Below are positions 38,687 to 45,994 of a stretch of 64,000 nt of DNA, in pieces. The stretch lies in NCBI GenBank assembly GCA_035253825.1, contig DATFBM010000033.1, positions 12,265 to 76,264 on the forward strand. The letters are read 5' to 3'. Below the pieces are notes generated by a model. It had not been told where the DNA came from, made no database searches, and saw only the letters and a program-made list of their open reading frames with translations. The DNA is from Acidimicrobiia bacterium (GTDB taxonomy: Bacteria; Actinomycetota; Acidimicrobiia; Spongiisociales; ZC4RG35). Position numbers and translations under genes: made by a program. Numbering within the stretch: position 1 is the first letter of the stretch; every line of letters starts with the position of its first letter.

Positions 38687-38947
38687 ATGGCCAACATCAA
38701 ATCCCAAATCAAGAGAAATCGACAGAACGCGGTTCGCGAGGCTCGGAACAAGTCAGCCAAATCGGAACTGCGAACCCGAGTAAAAGCGGTCCGCTCTGCG
38801 GTAGCCAGCAATGAAGATGCCACCGACGCCCTTCGCACCGCCCAGAAAGAAATCGATCAAGCGGTGAGTAAGGGCCGCGTCCACCCCCGCACGGCTGCCC
38901 GGCGCAAGTCACGTCTCGCCAGGGCAGTCAACAACAAGTCTCGTTAG
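38687..38947 (+). CDS. rpsT: 30S ribosomal protein S20
   Basis: MANIKSQIKRNRQNAVREARNKSAKSELRT... Confidence 0.95.
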   Translation: MANIKSQIKRNRQNAVREARNKSAKSELRTRVKAVRSAVASNEDATDALRTAQKEIDQAVSKGRVHPRTAARRKSRLARAVNNKSR

Positions 38948-39933
38948 CCCCTGCCGCCATACCAGCGGCTGAAGGCGACGGTTAGTCGCTCCAAGGTCAC
39001 CCGATGCACCTCCTCGGGCTGTGTCTTCATCACCCGGTCGGCCCGCACCAAGGCCTCGAGCGCTTTCTGAAATGACGAGTCCTTGATCCGACCCCGGTCT
39101 CGCCAGAGACGGGAGGCTCTTCGGTCATCAGACCGAGCCCCGATGGCGATGCGAAATGACTCCTCCGTCTCCGAGGACGAAGCCAGGGCACGGCGTTTCA
39201 GGTCCGATTCGAGCGCGGCCAGCAACACCAAAGGATGTCCATGGGTGAGGAAATCGGCCAGCCGCCGCAGGGCATCGCCAGCTTTCCCCGCACTCACGGA
39301 ATCGAGGTAGTGGACCAACGGCTCGTCTGGTCGATTACGAAAACGGTCAAGGACGGTCTCGGCGGTGATCTTGCCTTGATGCTCGACCAGCTGGTCAAGG
39401 GCCTGCCCCAAGCCGGCGGTGTCGGTACCGAATCGCTGCAGCAGCGCCGCCTGGGCCTCGGCTTCCACCTTCATGCTGCGCTCCTCCAGCTCAGCTCGCA
39501 ACCACTCCCCGGCTTGCCGCTCCCACATCTTTCGGACCGCCACCACTTCCCCAACGGCCTTTACCACTTTGAGGACCGCGGCCGGGAGCGTCCCGAAACA
39601 CACCAAGGCCACCGCCACGTCGTCGGCTTGATCGAGCAACTCGGCAGTGAGCTTGGCCTCAACCGGGTTCAGATTCTGCGAATCGACTAACAACAGCCCT
39701 TGCAAGTCGCCGAAGATCGAACCTGATTGGAGCAAGGGGATCATGGCTTCCAGATCTCCCCGCATCGGCCCTTCTGACTCCTCGCCGCCGCCCCGGGCGG
39801 GGACATCGATGCGAACGATATCGACCGGTGCCACTCCAATCCCGCTCAGAAATTCGTGCGCCCGATCGAGCATTTCCTGGCGCTCTCCGGGACCGGAGTT
39901 CGCCTGCCCGGTCACCGCCAAGAGATGCTTCAT
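38944..39933 (-). CDS. holA: DNA polymerase III delta subunit
   Basis: The internal ATG at 39933 (MKHLLAVTG...) overlaps the upstream stop (ATGA). 329 aa. It sits in the conserved position next to rpsT and downstream of comEC. The call rests mainly on size and synteny. Confidence 0.7.
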   Translation of the reverse strand: MKHLLAVTGQANSGPGERQEMLDRAHEFLSGIGVAPVDIVRIDVPARGGGEESEGPMRGDLEAMIPLLQSGSIFGDLQGLLLVDSQNLNPVEAKLTAELLDQADDVAVALVCFGTLPAAVLKVVKAVGEVVAVRKMWERQAGEWLRAELEERSMKVEAEAQAALLQRFGTDTAGLGQALDQLVEHQGKITAETVLDRFRNRPDEPLVHYLDSVSAGKAGDALRRLADFLTHGHPLVLLAALESDLKRRALASSSETEESFRIAIGARSDDRRASRLWRDRGRIKDSSFQKALEALVRADRVMKTQPEEVHRVTLERLTVAFSRWYGGRG

Positions 39934-40727
39934 GGCTGGGGAAGCCGGTCGAAGAGGCGTGCCAAGTCGCATGCGGCTTTCACATCGTGCACGCGAATCA
40001 TGTCGGCCTGATATTCGAGAGCGAGGGTGACGTAAGCCATCACTCGAGGGAACTCTCGCTTGCGAGGTATGGGAATCAACACTGGTCGATTCAACTCGTG
40101 GAGGAATCCACTGTCGCGAATCACCTCGAGCTGAAGGCGGGTATACGCCTGATAGTCGCCTCGATAGTTGAGCGCGATTCCGGGGTCGATGATCACGTCC
40201 CTTATTCCCTGGTCTTCGAGAAAGCGGAGGCGTTCGCGGAAGAGATCGGCAGTGCGCCGGGTCTTGTCGGCTCCCGTGTCGACAACCCCCACGTCGTGGG
40301 GATTTCGACCCTCGACATATACCGCTACCGCGGCCGCCGAAGATTGCGCCACCGCATACACCATCTCCGGATCCTTTAGGCCCCCAGTGTCGTTGATGAT
40401 CGCAGCCCCCGCCGCCAGACATTCCCTTGCGACTTCGGGCTTCCAGGTGTCGATCGAGACCACAAATCCGTCCCCAACCAAAGCGGTCACTGCGGGCACC
40501 AGACGGGCCAACTCCTCGGTGGGAGAGAGGGTGGGGTTGTCGAAATGAGATGACTGACCTCCCAAGTCGATGACCGTTGCCCCCCAGTCCCGGTATCGAT
40601 GGGCCATCGCCCGCGCCTCGTCGAGGTTGATGGCCACAGTGTTTCGATTGCGCGACTCCGGGGACAGGTTGATCACGGCCATGACATGAGTGACGCCGCC
40701 GAAGGAGAGGCTGTCAAAAGCTCTCAA
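39930..40727 (-). CDS. Pterin-binding (dihydropteroate synthase-like) domain protein, divergent
   Basis: DHPS-type TIM-barrel landmarks: VMAVINLSPES, GATVIDLGGQSS, VSIDTWKPEVA..AGAAIINDTGG, IIDPGIAL, IPRKRE, IRVHDV. Several substrate-loop residues are non-canonical. Confidence 0.65.
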   Translation of the reverse strand: MRAFDSLSFGGVTHVMAVINLSPESRNRNTVAINLDEARAMAHRYRDWGATVIDLGGQSSHFDNPTLSPTEELARLVPAVTALVGDGFVVSIDTWKPEVARECLAAGAAIINDTGGLKDPEMVYAVAQSSAAAVAVYVEGRNPHDVGVVDTGADKTRRTADLFRERLRFLEDQGIRDVIIDPGIALNYRGDYQAYTRLQLEVIRDSGFLHELNRPVLIPIPRKREFPRVMAYVTLALEYQADMIRVHDVKAACDLARLFDRLPQP

Positions 40728-41206
40728 GGTCCAATCAACAACTCTCCATCGAATTGGGTCAGCCCCTCCGGGAGTCGGAGGACAATGGTCTCCGACCTGG
40801 TTTCCCCCGGCGGCACCAATCCGATTTCAACCGGGATGAAGACCCCACCGACCACCAGACTCACCGTTCCTCGCCAGGGATCGGTGCCACGATTCTCGAT
40901 AGGAACAGTCACCTCCAATCGATTGGGACCCGCATCGCGCATCGATAGATCTGTGTTGAGGTTGGCGCAAACTGGGTCGTCCCCGGCTTCGACCACCCGT
41001 GATCCCGTCAGAAGAGGTGTCCCGTCTTCTCCAAACCTGACCTCGAAGGGCTGGGCGATAGCGCCCTGGCAGCTCACCACATGGGTGAGGCCCCGCAGGG
41101 AACTCAAGCCCACCGGTATCAGGAATACCCCCAGCAGCAGGGCCATGGCAAGACGAAGTCGGAGCAGGGGAGGCACGACCGAGCGATGGTAAGGCCCTCC
41201 GTACAC
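40724..41206 (-). CDS. Exported or membrane-anchored beta-sandwich (CARDB-like) protein, unknown function
   Basis: N-terminal hydrophobic anchor LAMALLLGVFLIPVGL. Then LEVTVPIENRGTDPWRGTVSLVVGG...PPGETRSETIVLRLP. ATGA overlap with the DHPS-like gene. Confidence 0.5.
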   Translation of the reverse strand: MYGGPYHRSVVPPLLRLRLAMALLLGVFLIPVGLSSLRGLTHVVSCQGAIAQPFEVRFGEDGTPLLTGSRVVEAGDDPVCANLNTDLSMRDAGPNRLEVTVPIENRGTDPWRGTVSLVVGGVFIPVEIGLVPPGETRSETIVLRLPEGLTQFDGELLIGP

Positions 41207-41224
41207 TCCGCCCGTGGTTGAAAG

Positions 41225-42061
41225 ATGACCTTCGCCCGCGCCCGGACGATCCTGCTGATGTCGGGTTTCATCCTCATTCTCCTGGTCGGGCTGGTGGCCA
41301 TCTCCCGCGGGGTCGACTTGGTAGAAGTGGCCGCCACGCTGCTTTTCATCCCGGTGTTCGCTGGCTTCTTGTTCGGAGGGATCCGGGGTGGGTTCGCCCT
41401 GGGTGTAGTGGCAGCGGTGGCATATGTCCTCTTGAGGATCCCATCACTGCAGTTAGTGGGATTGACGCCCCTTGCCGGCCAGATCGTCGCCCGCGTGGTC
41501 GGATATCTCGGCTTCGGGCTGGGTGGAGGGTGGGCGGCCCAGCACATCAAGGCCGCCCTCGACAAGTTCGAGCTGCACGACGACATCGACGACGAGACCG
41601 GGGTGGGCAATGCCCGGTCGATGATCGAGATGACCGACACCGAAAAAGCCCGCGCCGACCGATATCAGAAGGTCTTCTCGGTGGTGCTCGCCGACGTTTC
41701 CGCAGCCAAGTGGGTGGCTGATCCAGCGCGCAGGCAGAGAGCGTTTTTGCGGGACCTTGGACAACGACTCGAGAAAGCGATTCGCAGCTCAGACCATGTT
41801 GCTCACGCTCGCCGTGGCGATCACCACTTGATCGGGTTGGTCCTCCCAGAGACGGGCCCTGAAGGCGCTCGGATCGCCAGCGAAAACCTTGGCAAGCTCC
41901 TGACGGAAGTAACCGGGGAGTCGGCCGGCGTCCGACTGGCCGTCGCCACTTACCCAGGCGAGGGCATCGACCCGATCCTCGAACTCTGGCGCGAGCTCGA
42001 CCGCGCCAGGAGACCGGCCGATCGAGAGGAAGAAAAACGTCGCCCTCGTCCCGTGTCATGA
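41225..42061 (+). CDS. Membrane protein with a degenerate GGDEF domain that keeps an RxxD I-site
   Basis: About 4 N-terminal TM helices. Then DDETGVGNARSM..., VFSVVLADV, and IRSSDHVAHARRGDHHLIGLVLPET, where RSSD is the I-site and the GG[DE]EF position reads RRGDH. Confidence 0.65.
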   Translation: MTFARARTILLMSGFILILLVGLVAISRGVDLVEVAATLLFIPVFAGFLFGGIRGGFALGVVAAVAYVLLRIPSLQLVGLTPLAGQIVARVVGYLGFGLGGGWAAQHIKAALDKFELHDDIDDETGVGNARSMIEMTDTEKARADRYQKVFSVVLADVSAAKWVADPARRQRAFLRDLGQRLEKAIRSSDHVAHARRGDHHLIGLVLPETGPEGARIASENLGKLLTEVTGESAGVRLAVATYPGEGIDPILELWRELDRARRPADREEEKRRPRPVS

Positions 42062-44153
42062 TCACCTGAGCTCCCGCCCCCTCCAGCAAATCGACGATCT
42101 CTTTTGCGGGGTGGCCAAACCGGTTCGGCCCCACACTGATGAGTGCGAGTTCAGGGCGGGTTGCGGCTAACCAGCCCGGCAGCGAAGTGTCACCGCCGTG
42201 GTGGGGAACCTTGAGGATGTCGACGTCGATTGGATCTAGTTCGAGCTGGGCGGCTACCTCAACGTCACCGGTCATCAACAGCGAAGCGGTTTGCGACCGG
42301 GCGAGGACCACGATTGACTGGTCATTGGCGTTGTCATAGCGACGCTTGGGGCCAAGCACCTCAAGAACCATTCCGGCCAGACCGAGGCGGGTTCCGACTA
42401 TTGGGTTCGCCACTGGAACCGACGCCGCCTCCATCTCGTCCCTGATCTGGTTCCGGGTGGGATTGGAGTGGTGCTCGCCCGCTTCCCAAAGCTCGTCGAT
42501 CGGCAATCGCTGTGCCAATCCCACCAACCCGGCGATGTGGTCGTCATGGGGGTGGGTGGCAACGACCAATCGGAGACGCCTGACCCGATATTGATAAAGC
42601 GCCTGCCACAGCAGGCGCGGATTCGGTCCGCCGTCGACAAGTACGGCCTCTCCGCTGGCGGAGAACAGCAGCGCTGCGTCTCCCTGACCGACATCGATAA
42701 AGACGACGGCCGGCCCACTGGGTACGCGAGGCACGATCGCCACCGCCACGACTGCCGAGATGAGAACAAGCATCACCGGGCGGATCCGGGACCAACGGAT
42801 GCTCACCAGAATCGATCCCGCCAAGAGGGCGACCGCGCCGATGCCGAGCTGGGGGTAAAAAGCGGCGCTCCTGGCGATGGTGAGAACGATATCGGAAGCG
42901 ACCATCGCCGCCCCCAGCAGAGGTCCGCCTCCCACCACCACCCCGATCGCTCCCAAGAGAGTCGCGGCTGCCACCAGCGGGGCTGCGAGCAGATTGGTCA
43001 GAGGAGACAACAATGGAACGCCATTGCCCTGGGCGAGGAGAAGTGGCGTCACCGCGACTTGGGCGGCGATGGTGACTCCGAGTGGTTTTCTGACCAGCTG
43101 CGGAAGGCTCGAGGGCAGCAGGTCGTATCCCGCCATGATGCCCACCGTGGCGATCAGCGAGAGCTGGAAACCTAGGTCTGAGACCAAGGCCGGAGCCACC
43201 AACATGGCGAGGACCGCTCCGGCGCCAAGTGCAGTCCACGCATCGATCGCAAGCCCCGCCGCTCGGCCAGCGAATACGACTGCCGCCATGAGTCCCGCCC
43301 TTACCACCGATGGCTCCCACCGAGTGGCAACAAGGAAAATGGCCAAACCCACCAGGCCCATCCAGCCGCGACGGCGCGCCCCGAATCCGATCGGTCCCAG
43401 CAGGAGCCACCAGAGCATGAGGAATCCGGCAACGTTCGCTCCCGAGACCGCCACGAAGTGCGAAATCCCCGCCCTCCTCATGGCGACTTGGTCGGAGGGC
43501 GGCAGGTCGGCACTATGCCCGATCAGGAAACCGGCCAGGAGCGCCTCAGCGGGAAGATCACCATCGAGCAGGCGAAGAACCCGGCGCCTGATCCCGTTAC
43601 CCGCTGCCACCAACGGAGTCCCTCGACTCGAAAGAACTTCGACGTCCTCCGCTTCCACAACTCCGGCATAAAAATGTCCTCCGGCGCCTCCTGAACGAAC
43701 CAACAATTGGCCGCTGATTCGAACGATCTCCGACCAGAAGACCTCGCGACCGTCTGGGATTCGGATCAGCAGGTTTGATCCGTGCCAGTCAGCCCGGCCT
43801 GTCTCCATTCCGATCGCACGTCCCACAAACCAACCGCCCCCAAACGGGCTCGGAGCGGAATCGTTGGTCGCCATCACGGTCAAGTTCTCGAACCCTGAGG
43901 GCAAGCTGGCTGTCAGCTGGGACTGCTCTCGACCCACCGACAGTTGTCCCGAGAGCCACCCCAGCCCGAGAATCAAGGGCAATGCGACCAGCGGCAGTCG
44001 ACGCTGTCCGCCGCGGGCCAACCCCACGCCGATGGCCGTGCCTGCCACCGAGAACAGGAAGCCCGCCCCCCGGGCGGACCCGACCCCGGCGGCCACCAGA
44101 CCCATCGACCCGAGAGCCGGCCACGCCATAGGAGGCGGAAGATGCCACCTCAC
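41547..44153 (-). CDS. comEC: DNA internalization competence protein ComEC/Rec2. The recognisable protein ends near 42020; the ORF continues 158 codons further.
   Basis: Competence TM domain plus metallo-beta-lactamase domain (FIDVGQGDA, VATHPHDDHIAG, KVPHHG, GHPAKEIVDLL...TRDEGDV). ATGA overlap with comEA. Confidence 0.88.
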   Translation of the reverse strand: MRWHLPPPMAWPALGSMGLVAAGVGSARGAGFLFSVAGTAIGVGLARGGQRRLPLVALPLILGLGWLSGQLSVGREQSQLTASLPSGFENLTVMATNDSAPSPFGGGWFVGRAIGMETGRADWHGSNLLIRIPDGREVFWSEIVRISGQLLVRSGGAGGHFYAGVVEAEDVEVLSSRGTPLVAAGNGIRRRVLRLLDGDLPAEALLAGFLIGHSADLPPSDQVAMRRAGISHFVAVSGANVAGFLMLWWLLLGPIGFGARRRGWMGLVGLAIFLVATRWEPSVVRAGLMAAVVFAGRAAGLAIDAWTALGAGAVLAMLVAPALVSDLGFQLSLIATVGIMAGYDLLPSSLPQLVRKPLGVTIAAQVAVTPLLLAQGNGVPLLSPLTNLLAAPLVAAATLLGAIGVVVGGGPLLGAAMVASDIVLTIARSAAFYPQLGIGAVALLAGSILVSIRWSRIRPVMLVLISAVVAVAIVPRVPSGPAVVFIDVGQGDAALLFSASGEAVLVDGGPNPRLLWQALYQYRVRRLRLVVATHPHDDHIAGLVGLAQRLPIDELWEAGEHHSNPTRNQIRDEMEAASVPVANPIVGTRLGLAGMVLEVLGPKRRYDNANDQSIVVLARSQTASLLMTGDVEVAAQLELDPIDVDILKVPHHGGDTSLPGWLAATRPELALISVGPNRFGHPAKEIVDLLEGAGAQVIMTRDEGDVFLPLDRPVSWRGRARARVRGSGRCPRLGKWRRPVGRRPTPRLLPSGACQGFRWRSERLQGPSLGGPTRSSGDRHGEREQHGLSCESLSRVVVQGPAKTLSACALDQPPTWLRKRRRAPPRRPSDIGRRGLFRCRSSRSSTGHCPPRSRRRCRRAARTCRGRP

Positions 44154-44707
44154 GGCACCACCAGATCGCGCAAATTGGCCAGCTTGGCTTCGCCGATTCC
44201 GGGCACGTCGAGCAAGTCCTCGACCGCTCGAAAGGGTCCGTGCTCGCTTCGATGGGCGACGATCCGTTCGGCGATCACCGGACCGATGCCGGGCAGATCG
44301 TCGAGCTCAGCGGCCGTCGCTCGATTGAGATGGATACGGCCGTCTCCCGCCGGATCGGCCGCGGGCTCGGCGCCGTCGGGGGCCGTAGCCGGACCGGCAA
44401 CGACGACCTGGCTGCCGTCGCTCAGTGGCTCTGCCAGGTTGATTGCCTCAGTCAACGCTCCGGGCAATACTCCGCCAGCGGCCGCGATTGCATCGGCTAC
44501 TCGGGCACCGGCCGCAAGCTCGACGAGGCCCGGTCGAGCGACCCATCCGCCCACGTGGACCGTCAATTTGGACCCGAGGGTTTCCGAAGTAGAGAGACTC
44601 GTCGTCGCCACTGGCACAGGGGTGGATGGCCGTCCCCCCCACCACCATCCGGCTCCCACCGCGATCACCAGCACCATCCAGATCCCAACACCCTGGGGCC
44701 GATTCAC
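44150..44707 (-). CDS. comEA: ComEA family DNA-binding competence protein
   Basis: N-terminal TM helix, an SLBB-like region, and tandem helix-hairpin-helix motifs LDDLPGIGPVIAERIV and LLDVPGIGEAKLANL. Confidence 0.88.
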   Translation of the reverse strand: MNRPQGVGIWMVLVIAVGAGWWWGGRPSTPVPVATTSLSTSETLGSKLTVHVGGWVARPGLVELAAGARVADAIAAAGGVLPGALTEAINLAEPLSDGSQVVVAGPATAPDGAEPAADPAGDGRIHLNRATAAELDDLPGIGPVIAERIVAHRSEHGPFRAVEDLLDVPGIGEAKLANLRDLVVP

Positions 44708-44777
44708 TCCACCTCCCCCGCGGTCATACCCGACCGGGCGTCAGTGGGGAAGGGGTGTGCGCGGTAGGGTGCCGGGC

Positions 44778-45587
44778 GTGAACGCCGACCGTTATCGCAT
44801 CGGAGCGGGCGAGGCCCCTGGACTGGGCGACCGTGATCCCTCCGACCAGAGCCTCTTCGCAGGCGACAAGAAAGCTGGCAAAGCGGCGCTGCGCGACCTC
44901 AACAAACGCCTCGAGGAATTGCAGGAGCTGTTCTACGCCGACAATCGACACCGGCTGCTGGTGGTGTTGCAAGCCACCGACACCGGTGGCAAGGACGGCA
45001 CCATCTCGTCGGTGTTCGATGGGGTCAATCCCCTCGGCGTCAGGGTCGCATCATTCAAGAAGCCGACCGAAGCCGAGCTCGCGCACGACTACCTGTGGCG
45101 CGTACATCCCCATGTTCCCGCCAATGGTGAGATCGTCATTTTCAACCGCAGCCATTACGAGGATGTTTTGGTGGTGCGGGTTCACAATCTGGTTCCCGAG
45201 GAGCAATGGCGTCGGCGCTATGAGCAGATCGTTGACTTCGAAAGGCTCCTGTCCGAAGAGGGCACGACGATCGTCAAGTTCTTCCTGCACATTTCCAAGG
45301 AGGAACAGCGAGAGCGTCTACAAGCCCGGCTCGATGATCCGCAAAAGCACTGGAAATTTTCGATCGGAGATCTCGATGAACGCAAGCGCTGGGACGACTA
45401 TGAGGCCGCATACGAGGAGGCAATCTCGAGAACCTCTACCAACGCCGCTCCCTGGTACGTGATCCCGGCGAATCGCAAGTGGTACCGAAACATCGTGGTG
45501 GCCACCATCCTCATCGAGACTCTCGAGTCTCTCGAACTGCGGTATCCCGAACCCGAGGAAGACCCGAGCGGAATCGTCGTCGAGTAG
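44778..45587 (+). CDS. ppk2: Polyphosphate kinase 2 family protein
   Basis: LLVVLQATDTGGKDGTISSV, YLWRVHPHVPANGEIVIFNRSHYEDVL, APWYVIPANRKW. The start is GTG 44778 (or 44769). Confidence 0.88.
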   Translation: MNADRYRIGAGEAPGLGDRDPSDQSLFAGDKKAGKAALRDLNKRLEELQELFYADNRHRLLVVLQATDTGGKDGTISSVFDGVNPLGVRVASFKKPTEAELAHDYLWRVHPHVPANGEIVIFNRSHYEDVLVVRVHNLVPEEQWRRRYEQIVDFERLLSEEGTTIVKFFLHISKEEQRERLQARLDDPQKHWKFSIGDLDERKRWDDYEAAYEEAISRTSTNAAPWYVIPANRKWYRNIVVATILIETLESLELRYPEPEEDPSGIVVE

Positions 45588-45588
45588 C

Positions 45589-45891
45589 TCAGCGGTCGGC
45601 GAGCTGGCGAGCCTCACGCTCGAAGGAGATCTCCAGGTAGGCCTGGTGGTGGCCTAATCCGGCGCGCCGCAGGCGGAGATACTCCGACACGTACCGAACT
45701 AGGAATCGCAGGGGACCCAACTCACCCCATTGGCGGACGTGAACCAGTTCGTGCCGGATCAGTTGCGCCAAGGCCGAGCGGTCGCCGGCAAGTAGGTCGC
45801 CACGCACAAATATCCCCCAAGGCAAGGTCATGGCTCCGATATCGCCCCGCCAGACCCTCGTCATCCATCGTGGCGCCCGTCGTACCGGCAC
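45589..45891 (-). CDS. Small HExxH zinc-metallopeptidase-like protein (DUF4157-like)
   Basis: AMTLPWGIFVRGDLLAGDRSALAQLIRHELVHVRQW resembles the A-F-T..I.F....LLAHELxHVxQ core. The coding-like frame stays open upstream to 46011 with no canonical start. Confidence 0.5.
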   Translation of the reverse strand: MPVRRAPRWMTRVWRGDIGAMTLPWGIFVRGDLLAGDRSALAQLIRHELVHVRQWGELGPLRFLVRYVSEYLRLRRAGLGHHQAYLEISFEREARQLADR

Positions 45892-45994
45892 TCGATCGAT
45901 ATCGACCAGGCCACTCAGTCGAGCGACGTCGGCCGGGTCGAAGCCGCCCTGAGAGGCAATCAGCGAGGGCGGATAGCCCTTCTGAGAATTGCGC

